The position numbers and the translations under genes were made by a program. From positions 3,584,001 to 3,648,000 of the forward strand of contig CBDCDZ010000004.1 of NCBI GenBank assembly GCA_965215565.1: DNA of 64,000 nt, written 5' to 3'. Positions within the stretch are counted from its first letter, which is position 1, and the number at the start of each line of letters is the position of its first letter. Origin of the DNA: Trueperaceae bacterium (GTDB taxonomy: Bacteria; Deinococcota; Deinococci; Deinococcales; Trueperaceae). Under the pieces are notes generated by a model. It had not been told where the DNA came from. It worked only from the letters and a program-made list of their open reading frames with translations, and did not search any database. Positions 37,995 through 47,699 of this stretch are shown one piece after another.

Positions 37995-39188
37995 TCAGCC
38001 GACGTAGCCCTGTAAGAGCGACACGCGCAGCCCGCCGTTACGAAATTCTAAGGCGGAGGTCAGAGGAAGCCTCACCCACGTCGGCTCCGGTGTGACGAGC
38101 GCGACGTGCCAGCCTCCCGCTCGGCGGAGGCGTCCGCTCAGCGCCTCGTAGAGAGCACTGACCTCTTGCGCGCCGCCCATCCGCTTGCCGTAAGGTGGAT
38201 TGGTGACGAGCAGCGCGCGCTCACCCTCCGCCCTAAATGCGCCGTAGTCAAGCCTGCGCGCGTCCGCTTGGAAGAGGTGAATATCGTCCGCTACGCCTGC
38301 GCGTTCGGCGTTCACCCGCGCCGCCGCCAGCACGTTTTCGTCAATGTCGCAGCCGACGAGTTTGGTGGGGCTCTCGGGGAGAGAGGCGCTCTGCGCTTCT
38401 GACTTGAGCCGCGCCCATTTGCTCTCCTGGAAACTCGGGAGATGTTCGAACGCAAAGTGGCGGTGCAAACCGGGAGCGAGCTTGCGCTTTAGCAACGCCG
38501 CTTCGATGAGAAACGTGCCCGTGCCGCACATCGGGTCTAAGATGAGGTCGTATTCCTCCGCGCGGCTCGCTTGCAGGATGCTCGCCGCCAGCGTTTCGCG
38601 CAGCGGGGCTTCGTTCACGTCTCTGCGGTAGCCGCGTCTATGCAGATGCTCGCCGCTCGTGTTGAGACTTAGGGTGCAGCGGTCTCTAAACATGCGGGCG
38701 TACAGCTCGAGCTTCGCCTCGTCCTCTAACTTGGGCTGAAGCCCTAAAGGTTCCAAAGAGGTCGAGATGGCGTCGTGAAGCGTCGTGGCAATATTCTTGT
38801 GATGCCGCAGCCGTGACCTCTTCGCGCTCACGTTGATACTCAAGGCTTCCTCAAACCCTACATAGAGTTCCCAAGCGGTGCGCCTCGTTCGGCTGAAGAG
38901 GACGGGGTAAGACTGCGCCAGAAAATCGTCTATCCGCAGGAGGACGCGGTGCGCGGTGCGCAGGCGCAAGTTGGCGTGGTACACCGCGCCCAGAGGTCCG
39001 CTGAATTCAACCCCGCCGCGCACGTTTTGAACCTCTTTAATATCGGGCAACGCCCGAACCTCTTCCTCTAAACAAGGTTCGAAGCCGGGTGCACATACCG
39101 CCAAAAAACGCTGCTCAGCTTTGAGGAAATAGCGTTTTAGGCGGCGCTCTAACGCCCGTTGACTGAGTGTAGAGGTAGACGCGGGCAC
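37995..39188 (-). CDS. THUMP-domain class I SAM RNA methyltransferase (RlmL-like)
   Basis: SGEHLHRRGYR, APLRETLAA, DPMCGTGT, TNPPYG. Confidence 0.9.
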   Translation of the reverse strand: MPASTSTLSQRALERRLKRYFLKAEQRFLAVCAPGFEPCLEEEVRALPDIKEVQNVRGGVEFSGPLGAVYHANLRLRTAHRVLLRIDDFLAQSYPVLFSRTRRTAWELYVGFEEALSINVSAKRSRLRHHKNIATTLHDAISTSLEPLGLQPKLEDEAKLELYARMFRDRCTLSLNTSGEHLHRRGYRRDVNEAPLRETLAASILQASRAEEYDLILDPMCGTGTFLIEAALLKRKLAPGLHRHFAFEHLPSFQESKWARLKSEAQSASLPESPTKLVGCDIDENVLAAARVNAERAGVADDIHLFQADARRLDYGAFRAEGERALLVTNPPYGKRMGGAQEVSALYEALSGRLRRAGGWHVALVTPEPTWVRLPLTSALEFRNGGLRVSLLQGYVG

Positions 39189-39220
39189 CCCTTCACCTTA
39201 GCAGGTCGTAAAATCAAGCG

Positions 39221-39724
39221 GTGTCTGACCTCATCATTACGACGATACAGCTCGCTGATTGGACTAAAGTAAGCGAAATTTACGCGGAGGGTATCGCGAC
39301 TCGCTTAGCGACGTTTGAGACTCACGTGCCGACTTGGGAACAGTGGGATAAAACGCACCTCCCGGGTGCACGCCTGCTCGCTAAGTTAGATGAAACTATC
39401 GTCGGGTGGGCGGCGCTCAGTCCGGTCTCGGCGCGTCCGGCTTACGCGGGCGTGGCGGAAGTGAGCCTCTATATCGCTGAAGAGGCGAGAGGTTGCGGGG
39501 TGGGCAAGAGGCTACTGAGCGCGCTGATTCAGGAATCCGAACGGGCGGGATTATGGACGCTGCAAGCGGTAACGTTCAAAGAAAATATAGCGAGTATTAC
39601 GCTCCACAAAAAGTGCGGCTTTAGGGAGATAGGCGTGCGGGAGAAGATCGCGCGGCTTGACGGGGTGTGGCGGGATACGGTCTTGCTCGAGCGGCGTAGC
39701 CGAGAGGTTGGGACTCAAGGTTAG
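39221..39724 (+). CDS. Phosphinothricin-acetyltransferase-like GNAT
   Basis: IYAEGI...ATFE, SARPAYAGVAEVSLY, ENIASI.LH, GVWRDT. Confidence 0.9.
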   Translation: MSDLIITTIQLADWTKVSEIYAEGIATRLATFETHVPTWEQWDKTHLPGARLLAKLDETIVGWAALSPVSARPAYAGVAEVSLYIAEEARGCGVGKRLLSALIQESERAGLWTLQAVTFKENIASITLHKKCGFREIGVREKIARLDGVWRDTVLLERRSREVGTQG

Positions 39725-39757
39725 CTTGAAGTGCTCGAGGTTTCTTCGCAAGACGCT

Positions 39758-40444
39758 TTATCCGTAGGCTGCATTACTACACATAAACTTAGGGCGGTAG
39801 GGTATCCGAATAGGAGGGTCACGCATCAAAATGCACCCCGTTATGGGCAGAGGTGGTGGCGCAAACCAACCTCCTACCTCTTCGTAGGTTGCAGGTCTCT
39901 CTCTAAATAGCTGTTTAGCGCTATATCGTACTGACTCGCGGCCCGATCCGTAGTTGAGCCTAGTGTCTTCAAGCTGCTCCTCTGTACCAACAACAAAGGT
40001 TTCTATTAAATAGTCTGCATTTCTATATCCTATGCTAGGTGACCAGATCATTGAATCATCACGGCGTGGGATGAAAAGTCTAAGAGGTGTACGAACGCCT
40101 TCATCATCGAGATAGTAGTATGAACCGCCTTCTGGTACTGGTATACGGCCAGACTGAAGTAATGAGGACGTTTGTAGGCGACCGTTCATCGGTATGAAGA
40201 AGTGGCGTAGATTGTCCTTGACTGGCAGCGGCGGTGCGCCCTGAATACCATACTCAATGACGACCTCGCCCACATAACCTTGCGGTATGAGGTATATCTC
40301 TGGTATGCCCGGCTCCCGGGTCAAGGTTCGTTCGTACGTCTCTTCACCTGGAAAGGTCAGCGCCCAGAAAAACAATCCTACGCTTAGAAAAAAGGATGCC
40401 CCAAAAAGGATTGCTATAAAGGCGCGCTGCGGCTCTCTTACCAT
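39758..40444 (-). CDS. Membrane-anchored hypothetical protein (DUF6843-like)
   Basis: N-terminal TM; EIYLIPQGYVGEVVIEY motif. Confidence 0.6.
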   Translation of the reverse strand: MVREPQRAFIAILFGASFFLSVGLFFWALTFPGEETYERTLTREPGIPEIYLIPQGYVGEVVIEYGIQGAPPLPVKDNLRHFFIPMNGRLQTSSLLQSGRIPVPEGGSYYYLDDEGVRTPLRLFIPRRDDSMIWSPSIGYRNADYLIETFVVGTEEQLEDTRLNYGSGRESVRYSAKQLFRERPATYEEVGGWFAPPPLPITGCILMRDPPIRIPYRPKFMCSNAAYG

Positions 40445-40463
40445 TCTTCAAATATGGCACATA

Positions 40464-40639
40464 TAGCAAGTATCATTTGGTTTGAAACGCTCTCACGATG
40501 TAGAACACCGTTTCGCTTTGCGAAAACTTCGTAAGCAGCACGCACATTTGAGAATGAAATCCCGCTCTCAGGCGAAGCCTAGCGGGATGGCTACGGCTGA
40601 GACTTGCGCTATTCCAATCAGTACTTATGTTAATTGCTA
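40464..40639 (-). mobile_element. MITE-like element family 1, copy F
   Basis: tagcaagtatcatttggtttg...agcacgcacat...gaaatcccgc...ttgcgc...ttgcta. Confidence 0.7.
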
Positions 40640-40742
40640 TGCTGGATTTAGCCGCGTAGCTAAGCTATCTGACCCCTTGGTCATTCTCAGATGCCCTCCT
40701 CATTGACATCGGTTTAAGTCTTGTGGCGATTCCAAAACTGCG

Positions 40743-41357
40743 TCACTGCTCCGTCAACGCAAGCCGAATCCCGAGCCCCGCAAACGCCGCCGCAAAGGAG
40801 CGTCTGAGCCAGAGGATGACTTGAGGTGAATTCACAACGTACTTGCGAACGCTGCTCGCTAAGATGCCATACAGAACGAAGATGATTAACGTAAGCGCCA
40901 TAAAGATAGTGCTCAGCATAACCATATCGGTAATCGGAGAAGAGGTGGCAGGCGAAATAAAAAGTGGCAAAAACGCGAAGAAGAAAACCGTCAGCTTAGG
41001 GTTCAAGAGGTTGAGTAACACAGCTTTGCCTGCGACACGCGGGGCGCTAGCTTGAGGTGACGCCGCGCCGAAGCTCAAGCCACCCGTATCACGCCACATC
41101 ACCCGGGCGAGGTGGAGCAGGTAGAGAGCGCCTGCGAATTTGATGCTCTGGAACACTACCGCGCTCATATGAAGGATAAAGGAGAGCCCTAAAATGCTCG
41201 CCAAGAGGTGTGGGAGGATGCCTGCGGCGCAGCCTATAGCGGCGGCGAGGCTTAGACGCCAGCCGTGAAAGAGCCCGGCAGAAACGGTGTAAATCACGCC
41301 CGTACCGGGGACGAGAACCACGATGAGCGAGGTCAGCAAAAACTCGGCGCTAAACAT
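40743..41357 (-). CDS. LysE/RhtB-family exporter
   Basis: PGTGVIYTV, KFAGALYL, NLLNPK...FFFAFLP; ATG at 41357. Confidence 0.92.
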   Translation of the reverse strand: MFSAEFLLTSLIVVLVPGTGVIYTVSAGLFHGWRLSLAAAIGCAAGILPHLLASILGLSFILHMSAVVFQSIKFAGALYLLHLARVMWRDTGGLSFGAASPQASAPRVAGKAVLLNLLNPKLTVFFFAFLPLFISPATSSPITDMVMLSTIFMALTLIIFVLYGILASSVRKYVVNSPQVILWLRRSFAAAFAGLGIRLALTEQ

Positions 41358-42039
41358 CTGCTCCCGCCGTATAAACTTCGAGTTTTTCGACCTTAGCGCC
41401 CGGTGCGAAGAGCAGGACGTTCTCGCGGACAGCCCCAAGTTGCCTCATCACCTCTTCTTGGGGTACACCCGCAGGCGCGTAAGCCACGTAAAGCGCCCGC
41501 CGCGTCTGCACAGAGATAGGCGTGCGCCTATCTTGCCCGTAGAGAATTGTGCAGATGATCCCTTCGGCGTCGGACATCGTCGTGTCGCCAAATTTCAGAG
41601 ACTTTCGCGAACCGTTCATCTGCGTGAAACTTTCGCTGCCCTGCGCCGCGTCGATGCTGAGAGGTGGTCTGAGCAAAGCCGCGTCGTGCCCAGCCGTTAA
41701 GATGAACGTCTCGAGTTCAGCGGCGAAGTTGGCGTCTACGAGTGGGCTCACAGTGGGTAGCGGTTTACCTTCCACGACGGACTCGAGCTGCCCCTGCACG
41801 TGATAGGTGTTGCCGAACCTCTTGTAGAAGTCGCGGTACGCTCTGAGAGCCGCGAGTTCAAGAAAGTTATCCCTAGAAAATCCTGCGAACTTCTTCCTAA
41901 GCTTCGCTTCAACCTCTCGCTTTCGTGCGTCTAAAGGCGTGCTGCGCTTCGTGTTATCTACACTGCCAATAAGCAGCGCGCCGACGTGTCCACCAGGAAA
42001 GGTTTCGTGCCAGCGCTCAGTCGTTTCGATGTGTAGCAC
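41350..42039 (-). CDS. Stand-alone B3/B4 (PheRS-beta editing-like) domain protein
   Basis: AYRDFYKRFG, LPTVSPLVD, TAGHD, GD..M.D.EG pattern. Confidence 0.8.
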   Translation of the reverse strand: MLHIETTERWHETFPGGHVGALLIGSVDNTKRSTPLDARKREVEAKLRKKFAGFSRDNFLELAALRAYRDFYKRFGNTYHVQGQLESVVEGKPLPTVSPLVDANFAAELETFILTAGHDAALLRPPLSIDAAQGSESFTQMNGSRKSLKFGDTTMSDAEGIICTILYGQDRRTPISVQTRRALYVAYAPAGVPQEEVMRQLGAVRENVLLFAPGAKVEKLEVYTAGADV

Positions 42040-42106
42040 TTTCAGGCTCCTTTGTGACTCGCAGCAAGAGCGTCGTCCTGCAAATCATCTGTAGAGCCTA
42101 TATCGT

Positions 42107-42976
42107 CTAGTCCAGGGTGTCTTGTACGCTATGACGGTGCTGGATTGCCTTGACTGAGGTGCGATATTGCCCCGGCGTAAAGCCCCAGAGCCGCCCCATC
42201 CAGCGCGTAAGGTGGCTCTGATCGGTGAAGCCGGTCTCGAGCGCGACCTCGGCGACAGGCTGACCCGCCGCTAAGCGCTCCTTTGCACGCTCGACGCGCA
42301 CCTGCCGCAAGTAAGCGTGCGGGGGTACGCCCACTGTTTCGCGGAAACTCTGCACGAGGTAGCCGCGGCTGAGTCCGGTGAGGTGCACCAAATCGTCCAG
42401 CGAGACGGGTTCAGCGTAGTGGTTCTCGAGGTGACGTTTCACCTGCGTCACCGCCTGTGTTTCTCGTCTCGGCTTAAATGTAGGCAACGGTTCGTCGGCG
42501 TAGCGCCCGATAAGCTGAGTCAGCACGCTCAGGAGGAGGCTGTCCTGCTCGAGCCTAGACGCTGTACCCTGCTCCAAACGAATATGCAGAGCGCGAAAGA
42601 GTGTCGTCAGCGCGTCGTCGGCAATCACGCCTGACTGGAAAAAGGGAAGGCTGCGCGGTCTGTCCGCCATCTCGGAGGTGAGCGTCTCGAGAAACGAGGT
42701 CTCGAAGTAAAACATCCGGTACGCCCAGCCCATGTCCGCGGCAGGTTGACCCGTGTGCGCTTCGCCGGGGATACACAAGCTGATGTCGCCGGACGCAGCC
42801 ACGACGTTCTCGCCGCGGTAGTGAAACCCTAGTGCGCCCGCCTCGATCACGCCGATAGCGTAGCGCTCATGGGTGTGACGCGGGAAAGATTGGGTTTGGT
42901 GCGCCGCGCGGAGCAGCTCTAAGTCGCCTAAGCTAGGCACGCGCCACACCTTTGTTTTGGCAAAACTCGACTTCAT
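42107..42976 (-). CDS. AraC-family transcriptional regulator
   Basis: FPRHTH cupin, PGEAHTG; VALETGFTDQSHLTR...GFTPGQY. Confidence 0.95.
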   Translation of the reverse strand: MKSSFAKTKVWRVPSLGDLELLRAAHQTQSFPRHTHERYAIGVIEAGALGFHYRGENVVAASGDISLCIPGEAHTGQPAADMGWAYRMFYFETSFLETLTSEMADRPRSLPFFQSGVIADDALTTLFRALHIRLEQGTASRLEQDSLLLSVLTQLIGRYADEPLPTFKPRRETQAVTQVKRHLENHYAEPVSLDDLVHLTGLSRGYLVQSFRETVGVPPHAYLRQVRVERAKERLAAGQPVAEVALETGFTDQSHLTRWMGRLWGFTPGQYRTSVKAIQHRHSVQDTLD

Positions 42977-43010
42977 AAGCCGCCTTAGCTGTTGCCCAGT
43001 GGCGCTTCGC

Positions 43011-45518
43011 TCAACCTTTCACCACGATATTGACCAACCGCCCCGGCACGACGATCTCCCGCACGATGTTGACGCCTTCTACATACCGCGCCACATTTGG
43101 CTCAGCTTTCGCCGCGTTGAGGATGGCGTCCTTATCTGCGCCTTTAGGCACGTCCACCTCACCGCGCCGCTTGCCATTAACTTGCACGGCGATGGTGAGC
43201 GTATTTTGCTCTAAGGCGCTTTCGTCGTACTCGGGCCAAGACTGCGCGTGAACAGAACCTTCGAATCCCGAACGTTCCCACAACTCCTCAGCGATATGCG
43301 GCGCGAAAGGTGCCACTAAGCGGAGGAGCATTTCACGCGCCTCTTGCCACTCGTCCGCTTGTGCTACTCCGCTATTTTTCGCCTTGCTCATCACGTTCAC
43401 TAAGGTCATCAACTCTGCAATCGCGGTGTTGAACTGAAACCCCTCCAAGTCCTCTGTGACCTCTTTGATGGCGGTATGAACGGCGTGGCGTAAATCCTTG
43501 CGAGCGGCTTCGTCTGGGTTGCTGTCGCTCGAGACCTCATCGGTGATGAGCGCCCACACCCGGTTCAAAAACCGCGCCACGCCCTCGATGCCCGACGAGT
43601 TCCAGGGGCCACCCTGTTCCCACGGACCGATGAACATGAGGTACGCTCGCACCGTATCCGCGCCGTATTCGTCTACCAAAGCGTCCGGGTTGACGGTGTT
43701 GCCTCTCGACTTGGACATCTTTTCGCTGTCTTCACCTAAGATGATGCCCTGATTGCGGAGCTTTTTGAAGGGTTCGCTCGAGTCAATCAAACCCAAGTCA
43801 CGCATGACTTTGGTAAAGAAGCGAGCGTACAAGAGGTGCAAAATCGCGTGCTCGATGCCGCCCGTGTAGAGGTCAACGGGCGTCCACGCTCTGACGAGTT
43901 CCTTGTCTACAGGCGCGTCCTCTTTATGCGGCGAGAGGTAGCGAAACCAGTACCACGACGAATCCATAAAGGTGTCCATCGTATCGGTCTCGCGTTTCGC
44001 CGCGCCGCTGCACTCGGGGCAGGTCGCGTTCAAGAAGCCTTCGTGATGCTTCAAGGGCGACTCGCCCGTGGGCATAAAGGCGACATCTTCGGGCAAGCGG
44101 ACGGGTAAGTTCTCCTCTTTCTCCGCGACGATGCCGCATTCGTCGCAGTAGAGCATAGGGATAGGTGTGCCCCAATAGCGCTGACGCGAGATGAGCCAGT
44201 CGCGCAAGCGGTAGGTGATTTTGCCTTCGCCTATGCTATGTTCCTCGAGATAATCAATCGCCGCCGCAATCGCCGGGTTGTTGCGCCCCTTCTCGCCGTT
44301 GTTGAGTTTTCCGTCTATTGGACCGCTGTTGACGAGCACGCCCGGACCCGCGTAGGCTTCACTCATCGTCTCGGCGTCGAAAGGTTCTTCATCTTCGGGC
44401 TGCACCACCGGCACGATATCCAATTCAAACTTCCGCGCAAACTCGAAGTCGCGCTGGTCGCCAAAAGGAACCGCCATAATCGCGCCCGTGCCGTAACCCA
44501 TCATCACGTAATCCGCAATCCAGATGGGGATGCGCTCGTCATTCACCGGATTGACAGCATATGCGCCGATGAACTCGCCCGTTTTCTCCTTACCCTCGGC
44601 TTGGCGGTCGATTTCGCTCATGCTCGAGACTTTCTGCTTGTAAGCCTCAACCGCCTCGTTCTTGTCCGCCGTCGTCAGCTTCTCTACTAATGGATGCTCC
44701 GGCGCTAACACCATAAAGGTCGCGCCCCAGAGCGTGTCGGGTCGGGTCGTAAACACGGTGATGTCGTCGTCCTCTTCACTCTTAAAGGTGACGTTCGCGC
44801 CCTCGGAGCGCCCTATCCAGTTGGTCTGCATGAGGCGCACGCGCTCGGGCCAGTCTACGCTCGAGAAATCCAATAACTCATCTGCATAGTCTGTAATCTT
44901 AAAGTGCCACTGGGGCATCAAACGCCGTTCAATCAATGCCCCCGAACGGTCCCCGCGCCCGTCAATGACTTGCTCGTTCGCCAACACGGTCTGGTCCACC
45001 GGGTCCCAATTGACGAACGACTCCTTGCGGTACGCCAAACCCCGCTTGAACATCTGCACGAAGAACCACTGGTTCCACCTGTAATATTCAGGATCAGAGG
45101 TGACGACTTTTTTAGACCAGTCGAAAATCGCGCCCATCTGCTTGAACTGCCCTTCCATAAAGGCGATGCGCTCATACGTCAAACGCGCCGGATGGACCTC
45201 TTTACCCTCCCGCGCCGCCTTGATAGCCGCGTTCTCTGCTGGCAAGCCAAATGCATCGAAGCCCATCGGGAAGAGGACATTTTTGCCGCGCATCCGCTGA
45301 AAGCGGGCGTAGGCGTCCGGCACAGCGAAGGCGTACCAGTGACCGACGTGCAAGTCGCCCGAGGGGTAGGGGTACATCGTCAAGTAGTAAAACTTGTCCT
45401 GGTCCGCGTGTAAGTCAACCTCATACGCACCCGCCTCTTCCCAACTCTGCTGCCACTTGGGTTCGATTTCATGCGGGTTGTATTTTTCGCTTTTGTAGTC
45501 GGCTACGGTGTCAGCCAT
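43011..45518 (-). CDS. leuS: Leucine--tRNA ligase
   Basis: MYPYPSGDLHVGH, GFDAFGLPAENAA, WLISRQRYWG, GGIEHAILHL, KMSKS, VQVNGK. Confidence 0.98.
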   Translation of the reverse strand: MADTVADYKSEKYNPHEIEPKWQQSWEEAGAYEVDLHADQDKFYYLTMYPYPSGDLHVGHWYAFAVPDAYARFQRMRGKNVLFPMGFDAFGLPAENAAIKAAREGKEVHPARLTYERIAFMEGQFKQMGAIFDWSKKVVTSDPEYYRWNQWFFVQMFKRGLAYRKESFVNWDPVDQTVLANEQVIDGRGDRSGALIERRLMPQWHFKITDYADELLDFSSVDWPERVRLMQTNWIGRSEGANVTFKSEEDDDITVFTTRPDTLWGATFMVLAPEHPLVEKLTTADKNEAVEAYKQKVSSMSEIDRQAEGKEKTGEFIGAYAVNPVNDERIPIWIADYVMMGYGTGAIMAVPFGDQRDFEFARKFELDIVPVVQPEDEEPFDAETMSEAYAGPGVLVNSGPIDGKLNNGEKGRNNPAIAAAIDYLEEHSIGEGKITYRLRDWLISRQRYWGTPIPMLYCDECGIVAEKEENLPVRLPEDVAFMPTGESPLKHHEGFLNATCPECSGAAKRETDTMDTFMDSSWYWFRYLSPHKEDAPVDKELVRAWTPVDLYTGGIEHAILHLLYARFFTKVMRDLGLIDSSEPFKKLRNQGIILGEDSEKMSKSRGNTVNPDALVDEYGADTVRAYLMFIGPWEQGGPWNSSGIEGVARFLNRVWALITDEVSSDSNPDEAARKDLRHAVHTAIKEVTEDLEGFQFNTAIAELMTLVNVMSKAKNSGVAQADEWQEAREMLLRLVAPFAPHIAEELWERSGFEGSVHAQSWPEYDESALEQNTLTIAVQVNGKRRGEVDVPKGADKDAILNAAKAEPNVARYVEGVNIVREIVVPGRLVNIVVKG

Positions 45519-45615
45519 TGTTAGAACTCCTTGTGAAAAACTTTTAGGTATTAGCGCCTAGCTATTCGCTTTTATATGGTATCAGCTAACGGCTATTTGT
45601 TCTGAAAACCAAAGG

Positions 45616-45643
45616 AAAACCCCAACCATTCAAGAGGTCGGGG
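45616..45643 (-). terminator. Attenuator terminator in the leuS leader
   Basis: mRNA ccccgacc-ucuugaau-gguugggg-uuuu. Confidence 0.75.
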
Positions 45644-45671
45644 AGGCAGAGCAAGAGCGGCTAAGAGGGCG

Positions 45672-45722
45672 CTAGTGTGTAGAGCCTCCTAGTAGTAGTA
45701 AATGGGTGAAGGGGTGAATCAT
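45672..45722 (-). CDS. leuS leader peptide MIHPFTHLLLLGGSTH
   Basis: ATG 45722; tandem Leu codons TTA CTA CTA CTA; TAG; followed by alternative pairing and a terminator. Confidence 0.8.
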   Translation of the reverse strand: MIHPFTHLLLLGGSTH

Positions 45723-45751
45723 CTTGGGAATATGGTAGCGCTAAACGACAT

Positions 45752-46397
45752 CTATGTCAACGATGACTCCGCTACTTCTTTCATTGTTTTGGCTATTATC
45801 GTATGGTTTTCACTGACGAGTAACATAGCATTACTCAGGATTTCCAATTCGTCATCCAACACAGTGATTTCATCTAAATTTTTAGGATGTGTAATTCTAT
45901 CTCTAATTTTCAGAGATTCTAAAAAGCTCTGCCAACCGTTTCCGCCGAAGTCGAGGAGATAGCCCGTCGCCATCCTCTCGTGAAATAAGGAAAGTGAGAA
46001 TCTAAAGTTATCGGCTGTTCTTAGTTTCATCTTTTGAACACTAATCTTGCCGTTATTCTTGAGTCCGTAGCTCTTTTCCTCTAAGATAGTTAATTCAGGT
46101 AAAGATAGTTCTATTATTCCAGCTTGGGAATAGTACATTAAATTCTGCCTAACAGCGTGCGTTAATAGCTCAGTAGAGGCAAACAAAGTTCTTACCATTG
46201 TTCTGCGCCAAAACTGAGATTGAATATCTTTCTCGAGGGCATTCGAGCAGTAACTAAAATCTTGTGCTAGCTCTAAGGACGCTTCAGCTATGCTAAAGAT
46301 AGCTACTAAAATCTTGTGCTAGCTCTAAGGACGCTTCAGCTATGCTAAAGATAGCTATCGCTTTCTCTTCTAAATTTCCTACTTCTTCCGTATCCAT
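45752..46397 (-). pseudogene. HEPN-like protein frameshifted by a 52-bp tandem duplication
   Basis: Removing one copy restores a 197-aa ORF from ATG 46397 with an RDRITH (RxxxxH) motif. Confidence 0.75.
46253..46356. repeat. Exact 52-bp tandem duplication
   Basis: actaaaatcttgtgctagctctaaggacgcttcagctatgctaaagatagct at 46253 and 46305. Confidence 0.95.
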
Positions 46398-46437
46398 GTG
46401 AATATACTAGCCTTCTTTTTTGGAAGACTCGAGCCTC

Positions 46438-46659
46438 CTATCCCAACTCCGCCACATGTTCATCCTCATACCGCTCAATCAGCACCCCAATCACTTCCAT
46501 GAGCGACGCGAGCGGATGCGTTTCATCTTCACCAACCTCATCAATAAGTTGGTCAAGCATCCGAACAAGTTCGTCGTAATCCTCTTCGGTGTGAGGGACG
46601 ACAACCTTATCTGACAGAGGTAGCCAGGCATTGAGAGTTTCAGAAACACTTAGCTGCAC
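46438..46659 (-). CDS. Short HigA-like antitoxin without HTH
   Basis: HTEEDYD...LIDEVGEDETHPL matches the N-half of 30140-30532; stops before the HTH. Confidence 0.75.
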   Translation of the reverse strand: MQLSVSETLNAWLPLSDKVVVPHTEEDYDELVRMLDQLIDEVGEDETHPLASLMEVIGVLIERYEDEHVAELG

Positions 46660-46662
46660 CGT

Positions 46663-46950
46663 TTACTCCTTCCACGCCCCTCTATCATACTCCTCGTGCG
46701 TAAGAATGGCGCGAATATAAACCTTCTGGCGGTCGTAGTGAATAGCGGCGATGAGCCGCGCTTTGTTGCCACCGAGGTTGAAAACTGTGAGTTTGCCGAC
46801 TTGGTCGGCGGCAGAAAAATCACTGCGCAACTCGGCGAAGTTGCTGTAACGCTTACGTTTGACGAGCCTGTACCAGTGCGTTAGTGCGGCGTTGGCTTCG
46901 GGATGTTTGGCGGCATACTCGTTGAGGCGTTTTCTCGTGATGACGTGCAT
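46663..46950 (-). CDS. higB: HigB-family toxin (second copy)
   Basis: MHVITRK, ADQVG, VFNLGGNK.RLI, ILTHEEYD. Confidence 0.92.
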   Translation of the reverse strand: MHVITRKRLNEYAAKHPEANAALTHWYRLVKRKRYSNFAELRSDFSAADQVGKLTVFNLGGNKARLIAAIHYDRQKVYIRAILTHEEYDRGAWKE

Positions 46951-46980
46951 GAGATGGGGTAACTATACCAGATTCGAGCC

Positions 46981-47586
46981 TCACCAAATCTCTGCCAGCT
47001 CGAGCCTGAATCCCTCCAACACACCCGTTCCTACAACCTCTTGGGGCTGCCCTAGTTCTTCCACACCCTCAGCCGTATAGATGTAAAACTTTCCTTCAAT
47101 GGGGTCGATGAGCCAGCCAAGTTCTGCGCCGTTTTCCATATACTCGCGCATTTTCTCTTCAACGACTTCCAAACGATTCGTGTGCGAGCGAAGCTCTAGG
47201 ACAAACTCGGGACAGAAGGGCGGAAACTTATCCATTTGCTCGTCTGTTAGTTTGGCTATCTTCTCCTCACTTACCCACGACACATCAGGGGAGCGAACTG
47301 CGCCGTTGGGCAGATGAAATCCCGTGGAGGAACCAAAGACTGTACCTCTTCTATGTTGCTGATTCCAAACTGAGAATTGATAGGTGAGGTCTGAGTTGCG
47401 AATCCCGGTCCCTCCGCCAGTAGGTGGTAGAAGAATAAGGTTCCCCTCGGCGCTGAGTTCCATGCGGAGGTCTTTGTTTAACGAGGCAATGTGCAAAAAG
47501 GTATCGGCGTCGAGATGCATAAAGGGATCAAGACGCATGGTGAGGGGAAGAAATTCGTCTGCGGGAACAGATTCAACAGCCATCAT
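46981..47586 (-). CDS. Uma2-family endonuclease
   Basis: GFHLPNGAVRSPDVSW, CPEFVLELRS, KMREYMENG..LGWLIDP. Confidence 0.93.
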   Translation of the reverse strand: MMAVESVPADEFLPLTMRLDPFMHLDADTFLHIASLNKDLRMELSAEGNLILLPPTGGGTGIRNSDLTYQFSVWNQQHRRGTVFGSSTGFHLPNGAVRSPDVSWVSEEKIAKLTDEQMDKFPPFCPEFVLELRSHTNRLEVVEEKMREYMENGAELGWLIDPIEGKFYIYTAEGVEELGQPQEVVGTGVLEGFRLELAEIW

Positions 47587-47699
47587 GACTCCTAATGCGC
47601 TTATTCTAGCACTCCTGATTTTAGAGCCCCAAAGAATCTTAGCTCGAGCCCGGCGTCACACCTCTTCACGCTACACGAACTGAGATGCGCCCGCACAAT

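Noticed and set aside
45519..45750. T-box riboswitch for leuS
   Set aside because: No GGTGG.ACC T-box bulge seen; the Leu leader peptide explains the region better.
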